Assembly (NCBI GenBank): GCA_963842525.1 | Contig: CAWJGT010000003.1 | Span: forward strand, 640,001-704,000 | From: an uncultured Holophagales bacterium | GTDB lineage: Bacteria > Acidobacteriota > Thermoanaerobaculia > Multivoradales > UBA5704 | Direction of reading: 5' to 3' | DNA length: 64,000 bases | Shown: piece after piece, positions 40,831-51,307 of the stretch | Layout: the number at the start of each line of letters is the position of its first letter | How positions within the stretch are numbered: position 1 is the first letter of the stretch | The notes under the pieces: generated by a model | What the model was told of the DNA's origin: nothing | Seen by the model: only the letters and a program-made list of their open reading frames with translations | The model's database searches: none | Made by a program: the position numbers and the translations under genes

Positions 40831-43050
40831 TTACCGTTGTGGGCGACGTGTCGGGGTGCCTCCCTGGACGGCGTCGCCGGTGACCACCAGGGCGAAGGGC
40901 TGCGGCCCGTTCGGCACGTTGAACGAATGGATGGTCACGATGTAGACGCCGGTCGCCGGGCTGTTGAGCAGCACCTGCTCCAGGGTGTTCCTGCGGTCGG
41001 CGGCGCCGCCGGTGGCCGAGGTGCCGCCGGCGAAGACGTTGCCGCGCCACAGGGTGCCGGTGGGGCCGTTCACCTCCAGGTCGAGGTCGTTGTTGAGGTT
41101 GGGGTTGGCCGCCGGGGTCGACGGGAAGTCGGTCCACGCCAGGGTGGCCTTGAATGGCTCGGCGCTGCTGTTGACGCTGAAGATCCAGCTCTGGGTCTGC
41201 GCGCTTCTGGTGAAGGCGGGGGCGTCGTCCTCGACCCAGAGCTTGCGGGTCTGGCCGGTGAAGAAGAGGGCGTTCTCCAGCAGCACGCGGCCCCAGCCCT
41301 GGCAGTTGGCGGGGATCGCGGTCGTGCCGGTCATGTTGGCGGCCGAATTGACCAGCGTGGCCTTGAGCAGGGCGGCGGACGGGGTGAAGCCGTTGGCGCT
41401 GTTCTCGCTGCCCGTGGGGTACCAGCCTTCGGTGTAGTACTGGCGGATTAGGGCCGTCAGGCCGGCGACGCCGGGCGAGGCCATGCTGGTGCCCGAGCTG
41501 AACTTGGTGCCGCAGTTGTTCGTGGTGACGCTCAGGTCGTTGTTCGCCGAAACGATGCTCGACCCGGGGATGGTGATGTCGGGCTTGATGCGGCCGTCGA
41601 GCGTCGGGCCGCAACTGCTGAACGAGGACATGGAGTTGGCGCTCGTGCCGCGCAGTGTGGAGCCTACCGAGACTCCGTTCTTGTTCGTGGAGGGGCTGCC
41701 GACCGTGCCGGTCCCCGGCCCGGCATTTCCGGCCGCGAAGAAGATCAGGAAGTCCGGGTATTTCCACATGAACTCGTCGACGTCCTGGCTGCCGGCCGAG
41801 TAGTTGTTCTGCACCGCGGCGTTCTCGTTGTCGCCCCAGGAGTTGGTGTGCAGGCGGACGCCCTGGTTGTAGGCCTGCAGGAAGACCGGATTCAGGTCGA
41901 CCACCGGGCAGCCGATACCGGGCAGGTCGCCGCAGTTGTCCACCTGGAAACCGGCGTCCTGGATGACCAGCTTGGCGCCCGGTGCCATGCCGTCGGCCGT
42001 GTCGTGGACCAGCGGGGTGGCGAAGTTGTCGCCGGCCGCGGTGCCGGCCACGTGCGAGCCGTGGTCCTGCGTGTCCCACTCGGTGCCCGCGATTCCGCCG
42101 TTGCAGTCGTTCGACCAGAGGAAGTCGACGGCGATCACTTTGCGCTGGTTGGTGTCGACGACGGTTCCGCCGTTGCAGGCATTGGTGGGCGGCAGGCCGC
42201 GGGCGGGGTCGCGGAACCAGCACATGTCGGCGTCGATGCCGGTATCGACGATGCCGATGACCTGCCCTTCGCCGAAGATCCCCTGGCTGAAGATCGGCGT
42301 GGTCTGGCCGCCGGAGAGGCCTGACTGGCCGACCCAGATGGTGGTGTCGTTCGCCAGCGTCCGCCGCCCCTCGACCTCGATCCAGAAGACGTCGCGCAGG
42401 CGGGCGAGGCTGTCGCGGTGCTGCGCGATCTCCGAAGGGGCCAGGAGGAGCCGGATGCGGGAGAAGCGGGGGCCGCTGGCCTCACCCACGGACGGCCGGA
42501 GGCCGAGGTCGCGGACCTGCTGGACCACCTCGCCGAGGTCTGCATCCGGGAAGACGTGGAGCAGGACCGGGCGCGCCTTGCCCGAGATGAGCCCGCGCGC
42601 CGGGTCCGCCGCCTCGGCGGCCTTGAACGCGGCGGCAGCCCGCGAGATCTTGTAAAAAGGATGATAGGGGCCGGACCAGGTCGCGCCCATCCCGGCCAGC
42701 CGCTTGCCGGTGAGCGAGCCCGCCGGCACCTTCACCAGGTAGGCGTAGTAGGGGAGGTAGGTATAGACCCGCAGGCTCGCCGCCCGCAGCGCCTGCTCCT
42801 GCCGGGCCGTGATCGGGCCGGGGAACTTGACCAGCACGATTTCGTCCTCGACCGTGTCGCCCGGACCGACGCGCAGCGCCTCCGGGATCGCCGGCCGCGG
42901 CCGGCTCGTGTCGATGACGGTCGATTCAAGGGAGATCACAGCCGCCGCCCGCGCTTCCAGGCTCCGCAGCTCCTGCCCCCGGAGGACCGGAGAGAAGAGG
43001 GTGGCAACGCACAGCACCGACAGACTCAGCGCCTGCTTTGAATTGGACAT
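40831..43050 (-). CDS. S8 subtilisin-like protease (KP-43-like), copy B, lacking most of the C-terminal domain
   Basis: Triad DTG, HGSHVAG, SGTSMASP; highly similar to copy A. Confidence 0.9.
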   Translation of the reverse strand: MSNSKQALSLSVLCVATLFSPVLRGQELRSLEARAAAVISLESTVIDTSRPRPAIPEALRVGPGDTVEDEIVLVKFPGPITARQEQALRAASLRVYTYLPYYAYLVKVPAGSLTGKRLAGMGATWSGPYHPFYKISRAAAAFKAAEAADPARGLISGKARPVLLHVFPDADLGEVVQQVRDLGLRPSVGEASGPRFSRIRLLLAPSEIAQHRDSLARLRDVFWIEVEGRRTLANDTTIWVGQSGLSGGQTTPIFSQGIFGEGQVIGIVDTGIDADMCWFRDPARGLPPTNACNGGTVVDTNQRKVIAVDFLWSNDCNGGIAGTEWDTQDHGSHVAGTAAGDNFATPLVHDTADGMAPGAKLVIQDAGFQVDNCGDLPGIGCPVVDLNPVFLQAYNQGVRLHTNSWGDNENAAVQNNYSAGSQDVDEFMWKYPDFLIFFAAGNAGPGTGTVGSPSTNKNGVSVGSTLRGTSANSMSSFSSCGPTLDGRIKPDITIPGSSIVSANNDLSVTTNNCGTKFSSGTSMASPGVAGLTALIRQYYTEGWYPTGSENSANGFTPSAALLKATLVNSAANMTGTTAIPANCQGWGRVLLENALFFTGQTRKLWVEDDAPAFTRSAQTQSWIFSVNSSAEPFKATLAWTDFPSTPAANPNLNNDLDLEVNGPTGTLWRGNVFAGGTSATGGAADRRNTLEQVLLNSPATGVYIVTIHSFNVPNGPQPFALVVTGDAVQGGTPTRRPQR

Positions 43051-43149
43051 CCTGTCCTCCATACTGCCCGGCGGACCATGCGGTCTTCATCACCACCAAC
43101 CATATCGCGATGGCCTACCGGTATGGCGATGCCGCGCTGGCCTCTGTGC

Positions 43150-45900
43150 TCAATTCTGCTGCACGATCCTCACGTCATCCACTGCTGCTTCGACCAGGCT
43201 GGCCGTGCTCGCGTCCGCGGCCTCGATGCGGATGCGCACGGTCTGGCCCGCGAAGGCGGTGATGTTGGCCGAGCCGGTGGTCCAGACGGCGTCCACGTCG
43301 GTGGCCGCGCCCAGCCTTTCGAGCACGGTCGAGGTGGTTGTCCCGACCACCCGGATGCGCAGGAAGTCGGCGCTGGACGAGTTATTGCCGTGGGCGAGGT
43401 AGTAGGAGAAGGACAGGGTGAGCGTACCGGTCGCGGGCAGGGTGATGGCCGGCGATTGGATGGTGGTCGTGCCGCCGTCGATGTCGTTGGCCCCGGCTGA
43501 CGAGCCCGCGAGGCGGGCGGTCACCAGGTCGTTGACGCCGCTCACGGTGGTGCCAAGCTGTTTGGGGCCGCTCGAATCGGTCGCCTGCGGATCGCCCCGC
43601 TCCCAGAGCCCGAGGGTCGCCGTATCGGTCCCCAAGGGATTGACTGTCCAGCCCAGGCTTGTTTCGAAGTTGTCGAAGAAGACGGTGACAGGCGGCGGTG
43701 GCGGGGTGCCTCCCTGGACGGCGTCGCCGGTGACCACCAGCGCAAAGGGCTGCGGCCCGCTCGGCACGTTGAACGAACGGATGGTCACCGTATAGACGCC
43801 GGTCGCCGGGCTGTTGAGCAGTACCTGCTCCAGGGTGTTTCTGCGGTCGGCGGTGCCGCCGGTGGCCGAGGCGCCGCCGGTGAAGACGTTGCCGCGCCAG
43901 AGGGTGCCGGTGGGGCCGGTCACTTCCAGGTCGAGGTCGTTGTTGAGGTTGGGATTGGCTGCCGGCGTCGACGGGAAGTCGGTCCACGCCAGGGTGGCCT
44001 TGAACGGCTCGGTGCTGCTGCTCACGCTGAACGTCCAGCTCTGTGTCTGCGCGCTGGCGGTGAAGGCGGGCGCGTCGTCCTTGGCCCAGAGCTTGCGCGT
44101 CTGGCCGGTGAAGAAGAGGGCGTTCTCCAGCAGTACCCGGCCCCAGCCCTGGCAGTTGGCCGGGATCGCGGTCGTGCCGGTCATGTTGGCGGCCGAGTTG
44201 ATCAAGGTGGCTTTCAGCAGGGCGGCGGACGGGGTGAAGCCGTTGGCGCTGTTCTCGCTCCCCGTGGGATACCAGCCTTCGGTGTAGTACTGGCGGATCA
44301 GCGCCGTCAGGCCGGCGGCGCCGGGGGAGGCCATGCTGGTCCCCGAGCTGGACTTGGTGCCGCAGTTGTTCGTCGTGACGTTCAGGTCGTTGTTCGCCGA
44401 GACGATGCTGGAGCCGGGGACGGTGACGTCGGGCTTGATGCGGCCGTCGAGCGTCGGGCCGCAACTGCTGAACGAGGACATGGAATTGGCGCTCGTACCG
44501 AGCAGGGTGGAGCCCACCGAGACGCCGTTCTTGGCCGTGGAGGGGCTCCCGACCGTGCCGGTCCCCGGACCGGCGTTGCCGGCCGCGAAGAAGATCAGGA
44601 AGTCCTTGTGGTTCCACATGAACTCGTCGACGTCCTGGCTGCCGGCCGAGTAGTTGTTCTGCACCGCGGCGTTTTCGTTGTCGCCCCAGGAATTGGTGTG
44701 CAGGCGGGCGCCCTGCGTGTAGGCCTGCTGGAAGATCGGGTTCAGGTCGACCACGGGGCAGCCGATGCCGGGCAGGTCGCCGCAGTTGTCGACTTGATAG
44801 CCGGCGTCCTGGATGACCAGCTTCGCGCCCGGCGCCATGCCGTCCGCCGTGTCGTGGACCAGCGGGGTGGCGAAGTTGTCGCCGGCCGCGGTGCCGGCCA
44901 CGTGGGAGCCGTGGTCCTGCGTGTCCCACTCGGTGCTCGCGATCCCGCCGCTGCACTCGCTCGACCAGAGGAAGTCGACGGCGATCACCTTGCGCTGGTT
45001 GGTGTCGACCACCGTCCCGCCATTGCAGGCGTTGGTGGGCGGCAGGCCGCGGGCCGGGTCGCGGAACCAGCACATATCGGCGTCGATGCCGGTGTCGATC
45101 ACGCCGATGGTCTGCCCTTCGCCGAAGATCCCCTGGCTGAAGATCGGCGTGGTCTGGCCGCCCGAAAGGCCCGACTGGCCGACCCAGACGGTGGTGTCGT
45201 TCGCCAGCGTCCGCCGGCCCTCGACCTCGATCCAGAAGACGTCGCGCAGGCGGGCGAGGTCGTCGCGGTGCCGTGCGATCTCCGGAGGGGTGAGGAGGAG
45301 CCGGATGCGGGAGAAGCGGGAGCCGCGGGCCTTGCCCAGGGATGCCCGGAGGCCGAGGTCGCGGACCTGCTGCACCACCTCGCCGAGGTCTGCGTCCGGG
45401 AAGACGTGGAGCAGGACCGGACGCGCCTTGCCCGCGGCGAGCTCGCGCGCCGGGTCCGCCGCCTCGGTAGCCTCGAATGCCGCGGCGGCGCGGGAGATTT
45501 TGTAAAAAGGATGGTAGGGGCCGGACCAGGCCGCGCCCATCCCGGCCAGCCGCTTCCCCGTGAGCGATCCTGCCGGCACCTTCACCAGGTAGGCGTAGTA
45601 GGGGAGATAGGTATAGACCCGCAGGCTCGCCGCCCGCAGCGCCCGTTCCTGCCGGGCCGTGATCGGGCCGGGGAACTTGACCAGCACGACCTCGTCCTCG
45701 ACGGTGTCTCCCGGGCCGACGCGCAGCGCCTCCGGGATGGCCGGCTGCGGCCGGCTCGTGTCGATGACGGTTGATTCAAGAGAAATCACCACCGCCGCCC
45801 GTGCCTCCAGGCTCCGCAGCTCCTGGCCCCGGAGAGCCGGAGAGAGGAGGGTGGCAATGCACAGCAACAACAGATTCGACACCTGCTTTGAATTGGGCAT
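43150..45900 (-). CDS. S8 subtilisin-like protease (KP-43-like), copy A, with C-terminal beta-sandwich domain
   Basis: Signal peptide, triad motifs, extra FFDNFET...VEAAVDDVRI domain. Confidence 0.92.
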   Translation of the reverse strand: MPNSKQVSNLLLLCIATLLSPALRGQELRSLEARAAVVISLESTVIDTSRPQPAIPEALRVGPGDTVEDEVVLVKFPGPITARQERALRAASLRVYTYLPYYAYLVKVPAGSLTGKRLAGMGAAWSGPYHPFYKISRAAAAFEATEAADPARELAAGKARPVLLHVFPDADLGEVVQQVRDLGLRASLGKARGSRFSRIRLLLTPPEIARHRDDLARLRDVFWIEVEGRRTLANDTTVWVGQSGLSGGQTTPIFSQGIFGEGQTIGVIDTGIDADMCWFRDPARGLPPTNACNGGTVVDTNQRKVIAVDFLWSSECSGGIASTEWDTQDHGSHVAGTAAGDNFATPLVHDTADGMAPGAKLVIQDAGYQVDNCGDLPGIGCPVVDLNPIFQQAYTQGARLHTNSWGDNENAAVQNNYSAGSQDVDEFMWNHKDFLIFFAAGNAGPGTGTVGSPSTAKNGVSVGSTLLGTSANSMSSFSSCGPTLDGRIKPDVTVPGSSIVSANNDLNVTTNNCGTKSSSGTSMASPGAAGLTALIRQYYTEGWYPTGSENSANGFTPSAALLKATLINSAANMTGTTAIPANCQGWGRVLLENALFFTGQTRKLWAKDDAPAFTASAQTQSWTFSVSSSTEPFKATLAWTDFPSTPAANPNLNNDLDLEVTGPTGTLWRGNVFTGGASATGGTADRRNTLEQVLLNSPATGVYTVTIRSFNVPSGPQPFALVVTGDAVQGGTPPPPPVTVFFDNFETSLGWTVNPLGTDTATLGLWERGDPQATDSSGPKQLGTTVSGVNDLVTARLAGSSAGANDIDGGTTTIQSPAITLPATGTLTLSFSYYLAHGNNSSSADFLRIRVVGTTTSTVLERLGAATDVDAVWTTGSANITAFAGQTVRIRIEAADASTASLVEAAVDDVRIVQQN

Positions 45901-46266
45901 CCTGTCCTCCAGGGATGGAAGAAGAGCTGCGCGCTCCCTGTAAAAAGGGGTGCCCGAGGGCCGGTTGCGCGCGCCGGTCGCCTGTAGGACAGTTGGCCTC
46001 GTCTTTGCAGAAAGATCCTCCCGAAGGAGGATGGAGACGTGACACGAGAAGCCCAACCCCTGAAGACTCTCCCGAGACCGTTGCTTCCCATCCTCCTCTA
46101 CCTGCTGATTTCCCTGGCCGGGACTCCGGATCTCTCCCGCCTCACGGCCCTGGTCTCCACCCTCATTCCCTGAACGAACGCGCAAGCACTGCGTCGTCGA
46201 GCCGCGTTGACGCCTCGCCGTCTAAACGGTAGAGTCCGCGGGAATCTCGGCGGTACGAACCTCTCG

Positions 46267-47101
46267 ATGGGCGAGCGTTTCTCGCTGGGTCTTCCCTGTC
46301 TGCATGACGTGGATGGAGGTCTCCTGACCAGACTTCGCTCGCGATCCGTGGCCTCGAGATGGGCGGTTTTCATCCTCCTCGGGCTTTTTGCTGCTTGCTC
46401 CCGGGCCGCCTGGGGGGAGGAGACCCCTCCGTCCGACTGGACGATCGACAACTTCCGTTGGACCGGACCCCTTGCGCCGGAGTCTCGCGTGCGAGTGCTC
46501 AATCCCTACGGCGACGTACGCCTGCGCGCCTCGGACGCCGGCGAGGTGGAGGTCTCGGCGATGATCCAGCGGCGGACGAGCGATCCCGTGAAGGCCGAGG
46601 TGCAGATCGGCCGGCGTCGCGGCCGCCTGACGATCGAGGTGGTCTATCCCGCTGCGCCGCGCGGCGATCTCCACCGGGTCGATATCGCGGTCTTCGTCCC
46701 TGCCGGGGCGCAGGTGGCCGTGCGCACCCGGGACGGGATGATCCAGGCGCGTGGCCTGGCGAACGACGTCGAGCTGGAGAGCTTCCGGCGGCAACGTCTT
46801 CCTCTCGACCTCCGGGACGGCAAAGGTCTCTGCCGGCCGGGGAAACATCGCGGCCGATCTGCGGCGTAACGGCCGCGCCTCCCGGCTCCATACCCGGGAG
46901 GGCGACATCACTCTGCGACTCCCGGAGGACGCCGACGCCCGGGTGCGGATCCACGCGGCGGACGGGATCTCTGTCCGCCGGACCGCGCACATCGACCGCC
47001 GGGGCTCCCGCGCGGCGGTCGTCACCCTGGGGGACGGTCATCATCCCCTGTCACTGAAAGCTCGGCGGGGAGAGGTCACCCTCCTCGCTACCCATCCCTG
47101 A
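46267..47101 (+). CDS. DUF4097-like beta-strand repeat protein, frameshifted, start uncertain
   Basis: NPYGDVRL, TRDGMI, GRGNI, TREGDI, ARRGEV repeats. Confidence 0.65.
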
Positions 47102-47125
47102 CCGACCTGGTTCGAGGAAAACCCC

Positions 47126-50100
47126 ATGCGCCCGATGACCCGTGCCCTGACCTCGATGCTCGTCGCGGCCCTGCTGACCGTTGGCGGCGGCGCCGCCTTT
47201 GCGGCGGAGAAGATCACTTTGCGGGGTGCCGAGCCGCTCGATCCCGCGTATCCGACAGCCTTCAACGGCGACCTGCGCGATTTGCCGCGTTTGCCCGCAT
47301 GGAAGCCCGGCGATCCGATCAAGGAGATCCCGCGGCGCCATCATCACGACGCGGAGATCACCCCGCCCCCGGCCGAGCCGCAGATCGATCCGCTGCTGGC
47401 AGTGCAGGCGAGGGCCCGGAGCAACCGGGCTCTGGGCCCGCCGATCCTGAATTTCGCCGGCCAGGGGTTCACCGGGGTCAACCCTCCGGACACGGTGGGT
47501 GACGTGGGCCTCGATCATTACGTCCAGATGATCAACAGCGCGGGTGGCGCGGTGATGACCATCTACAACAAGTCGGACGGCAGCGTGGCCGCCGGTCCCA
47601 CCGCGCTCGACTCGCTGGGCACGGGCGCCTGCGCCGACGGGCTGGGCGATCCGGTCGTCCTGTACGACCAGCTCGCCGACCGCTGGTTCCTCAGCGAGTT
47701 CAGCGATGCGGCCAACGCGCTCTGCGTCTACATCTCCCAGACCAGTGATCCGATCAGCGGAGGCTGGTTCGCCTATCAGTTCAACACGCCCGGTTTCCCG
47801 GACTATCCCAAATACGGAGTCTGGCCGGACGCGTACTACGCCTCGACCAATGAAGCCAGCCCGGCGGCCTATGCTTTCGATCGGGCGCAGATGCTCGTGG
47901 GCGGCGTCGCGACGGCCCAGCGTTTCACGGCTCCCGACCTTGCGGCCTTCCCCTTCCAGGCGCTGATCCCGGCCGACGCGGATGGCGAGACCCCGCCTCC
48001 GGCCGGTGCGCCCAACCCCTTCATGCGCCACCGTGACGACGAGGCCCACAACCCGCCAGGCACGGCTCAGGACTTCCTGGAGATCTGGGAGTTCCACGTC
48101 GATTTCGCCACTCCCGCGAATTCCACCTTCACGGGCCCGACCAACATCCCGGTCACCCAGTTCGATTCCGAGCTCTGCGGCTTTGTCTCTTTCAACTGTT
48201 TCCCGCAGCCGAGCGGCCCCACCCTCGATCCTCTGCGCGAAGTCGTCATGCACCGGCTGCAATACCGCAACTTCGGAACGCACCAGGCCCTCATCAGCAA
48301 CCTGGTGACCGACGTGGACGGGACGAACCATGGCGGTGTCCGGTGGTTCGAGCTGCGCAATACCGGCTCTGGCTGGGGCGTGCACCAGGAAGGCACCTTC
48401 GCGCCCGACATCCACCACCGCTGGATGGCGAGCGCTGCCATGGACGGCTCCGGCAACATCGGGGTCGGCTACAGCGTCTCGAGCACGACCCTTTTCCCCA
48501 GCATCCGCTTTGCCGCCCGCCAGGCCGGCGATCCGCTCGGCACTCTGCAGGGCGAGGTCTCGGTGATCGCCGGCTCGGCCGCGAACTCGAGCAACCGGTG
48601 GGGCGACTACGCGTCGTTGAACGTCGATCCGGTGGACGACCGCACCTTCTGGCTCACCACCATGTACTCGCCGGCGAGCTCCTGGGCGACCCGCATCGCC
48701 ACGTTCCAGCTCTGCGACCCGCCCGGCGTACCGGATATCGTCAGCGCCACGGCGGCGGCGGACAACCGCATCGACGTCACCTGGACCGATGGCACCCCGT
48801 CGTCGGACAGCTTCAACGTCTATCGGGCCGATGGAACCTGCGCCGCGCCCGGTCCCTTCGTCAAGATCGCCGACGCGGTGCCTGGCTTCATCTATCAGGA
48901 CCTGACGGTCTCCGGCGGCTCCACCTACGCCTACCGGGTGACCGGCCTCCTGAATCTGTGTGAGAGCGGCCAGTCGGACTGCGTCGAGGCCACCGCGACC
49001 GGTGACTGTACTCTGGGTCCGCTCTTCGCGGGGCTCCAGGCGGTGACCAACGCCGCGAGCTCGACCTGCACGCTCGACCTCTCATGGACCGCGGCGACCT
49101 CCCGTTGCGGCGCTGGGGTTACCTATAACGTCTATCGCAGCACCTCGCCCGGCTTCACGCCGGGGCCGGGGAACCAGATCGCCACCGGCGTTACCGGGAC
49201 GACCTACCAGGACCTCAGCCCGCTGAACAACGCCCAGACCTACTACTACGTCGTGCGCGCCGTCGACACGTTGAACAGCGTCGAGGAGACCAACACGGTC
49301 GAGAAGAGCAGCGCTCCGACGGGTCCTTTCGCCCCGGCGGCGCTGAGCGACACGTTCGAAGGCGCGCAGTCGGGCGGCGGCTTCGACCTCCCGGGCTGGA
49401 GCCACAGCGCCCTGGTGGGCGCGGTCGACTGGGTCTGGTCCACGCTCCAGTCGAACACCCCGACCCATTCCTGGTTCTCCGACAGCGAGAGCGTGGTTTC
49501 GGCCCGCGGCCTGGTGTCTCCCGAGTTCCACGTCGTGTCCGGCTCGACGCTGACCTTCCGGCACACGTTTGCGTTCGAGGGCAGCGTCGCGAATTGCTTT
49601 GACGCCGGCACCCTCGAGATCACGACCAACGGCGGGCAGACCTGGACCGTGGTGCCGGACGCTGCATTCACCGCCGGTGGCTTCAACGGCACGGTCAATA
49701 CCTGCTGCGACAACCCCATCGAGGGCAAGCGGGCATGGTGCTCCGGGACCATCGGAGCGATGACCCAGGTCACCGTCAACCTCTCCACCTTCGCCGGCCA
49801 GACGGCGCGCCTGCGCTGGCATGCGGGGGACGACTTCTCCATCCAGGTCACCGGCTGGTTCGTCGATACGGTCAACCTGACGAATGTCGAGCTGCCGACC
49901 ACCTGCACGCCGGCGGCGCCGCCGGCGCCGCTCTCGTTCTACACCCTGACCCCCTGCCGGCTGGTCGATACGCGCACCGCCGACCTTCCGGCTCTCCAGC
50001 CTTCGGCATCGCGCAACTTCACCCTGCACGGGCTCTGCAGCGTGCCGGCGACCGCCAAGGCGCTCTCGGTGAACCTCGCCGTCACCCAGGGCACCGCGGC

Positions 50101-50287
50101 CGGGCATCTGGTCCTGTACCCGACCGGCACCAGCACACCGCCGACCACCTCGATCAACTTTGTGGCCGGTCAGACGCGGGCGAACAACGCCGTCGTCTCG
50201 CTGGACGGCACGGGTCAGCTCACGGTCCTCAACGGCTCCGCCGGCACCGTGCACTTCATCCTGGACGTGAACGGGTACTTCGAGTGA
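47126..50287 (+). CDS. Large secreted multidomain protein with FN3-like modules
   Basis: Signal peptide, PPDTVGDVG, RWGDY, YNVYRST..YYYVVRA, C-terminal TPCRLVDTR..DVNGYF domain. Confidence 0.85.
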   Translation: MRPMTRALTSMLVAALLTVGGGAAFAAEKITLRGAEPLDPAYPTAFNGDLRDLPRLPAWKPGDPIKEIPRRHHHDAEITPPPAEPQIDPLLAVQARARSNRALGPPILNFAGQGFTGVNPPDTVGDVGLDHYVQMINSAGGAVMTIYNKSDGSVAAGPTALDSLGTGACADGLGDPVVLYDQLADRWFLSEFSDAANALCVYISQTSDPISGGWFAYQFNTPGFPDYPKYGVWPDAYYASTNEASPAAYAFDRAQMLVGGVATAQRFTAPDLAAFPFQALIPADADGETPPPAGAPNPFMRHRDDEAHNPPGTAQDFLEIWEFHVDFATPANSTFTGPTNIPVTQFDSELCGFVSFNCFPQPSGPTLDPLREVVMHRLQYRNFGTHQALISNLVTDVDGTNHGGVRWFELRNTGSGWGVHQEGTFAPDIHHRWMASAAMDGSGNIGVGYSVSSTTLFPSIRFAARQAGDPLGTLQGEVSVIAGSAANSSNRWGDYASLNVDPVDDRTFWLTTMYSPASSWATRIATFQLCDPPGVPDIVSATAAADNRIDVTWTDGTPSSDSFNVYRADGTCAAPGPFVKIADAVPGFIYQDLTVSGGSTYAYRVTGLLNLCESGQSDCVEATATGDCTLGPLFAGLQAVTNAASSTCTLDLSWTAATSRCGAGVTYNVYRSTSPGFTPGPGNQIATGVTGTTYQDLSPLNNAQTYYYVVRAVDTLNSVEETNTVEKSSAPTGPFAPAALSDTFEGAQSGGGFDLPGWSHSALVGAVDWVWSTLQSNTPTHSWFSDSESVVSARGLVSPEFHVVSGSTLTFRHTFAFEGSVANCFDAGTLEITTNGGQTWTVVPDAAFTAGGFNGTVNTCCDNPIEGKRAWCSGTIGAMTQVTVNLSTFAGQTARLRWHAGDDFSIQVTGWFVDTVNLTNVELPTTCTPAAPPAPLSFYTLTPCRLVDTRTADLPALQPSASRNFTLHGLCSVPATAKALSVNLAVTQGTAAGHLVLYPTGTSTPPTTSINFVAGQTRANNAVVSLDGTGQLTVLNGSAGTVHFILDVNGYFE

Positions 50288-50736
50288 TTGACGGCGGCCC
50301 GGGTTTTCGGTTAGAGTAGCTTGCAGCCCGGAAGGGACGTGTGGCAGCACGGTTCTTCACAAAGACGGGCTACTTCGCGGTGTCAGGAGTGGGGGCCGGT
50401 CTCCGGCCCCTGCTCTCTTTCTGGCCGAGCCCTTCTCCCTTCACTTGCAGCCCTCCCCCTGATCCGTCAGGATTCGATCCATGCGGCTGATCCAGATCGC
50501 GGTGGGGAGCCCCAATGCCAATGTCGGGGCCGTGCGCTCGAACGTCGACCGGATGCTCGCGATGGCGCGGGAGATGGCGGCGGCCGGGGTAACGTTGGGG
50601 GCCTTCACCGAGCAGTGTGTCGGCGGGTATCCGCCCGAGGACCTGATCCAGTGGCGCGCCTTCGTGGATGCGCAGGGGCGGGAGCTCGAGCGCTTCGCAG
50701 CCGAGACCGCGGCGCTGCCCACGGTCTTCGTGGCCG
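50263..50736 (+). repeat. ~475-bp direct repeat, copy 1 (gene end, promoter, leader, nadE 5' part)
   Basis: Matches 55503..55978. Confidence 0.9.
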
Positions 50737-50753
50737 CCGGAGGGCAGCTTTGA
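50481..50753 (+). pseudogene. nadE: nadE 5' fragment
   Basis: First ~85 aa identical to NadE at 55723. Confidence 0.88.
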
Positions 50754-50821
50754 AAAAACGGCGGCCATGCGCGGCGACAAGCTCTTCACAGGCAAAGCGC
50801 AGTGCGGCACATGCCACGGGC

Positions 50822-50917
50822 GAAGGAAGCCGGCGCGGAGGCGCCAAGCTCCCCCTTTCCGATCGTCGGCGTCTCGGCCGGCGGGGCTCGAGGCCTTTCA
50901 CGCAGATGCTCGGCGCG
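50822..50917 (+). pseudogene. Degenerate duplicate of the cheB 5' segment
   Basis: Resembles 51392..51490 (FPIVGV.SAGGLEAF). Confidence 0.7.
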
Positions 50918-50924
50918 TCGCCGG

Positions 50925-51167
50925 CTAGGCGCACTTCTCGTTCAGAAACCACGTCACCGGCTTCTCGTACAGCTCCGCAAAACGGCAAAGCTCGACGGGA
51001 TCGATCCGGCGATCCCCGGTCTCGACCTTGCTGACGAACGATTGCAGCCGCCCGAACTCGTCGGCGACCTCATCCTGCGTCAGTCCGGATTTCTCGCGAG
51101 CCTCCCGGAGACGTTCGACCATGGTCTGATATTCAACCTGATGTTCAAGGGAATTGATCGGGCTCAT
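50925..51167 (-). CDS. XRE-family HTH regulator
   Basis: RLREAREKSGLTQDEVA...QSFVSKVETGDRRID. Confidence 0.88.
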   Translation of the reverse strand: MSPINSLEHQVEYQTMVERLREAREKSGLTQDEVADEFGRLQSFVSKVETGDRRIDPVELCRFAELYEKPVTWFLNEKCA

Positions 51168-51307
51168 ACGGAACAGCAGTGCAACCTCCGTGCCGGAATT
51201 CGGTGGTCCTGGCCTGATCAGAGGGCTTCCCACCTCCACGCTGCACACAGGTGTGGAACCTGAATTGGAATATGGTTCTGCAACGAAAGGGTGTAGCGTA
51301 GCTTCGT

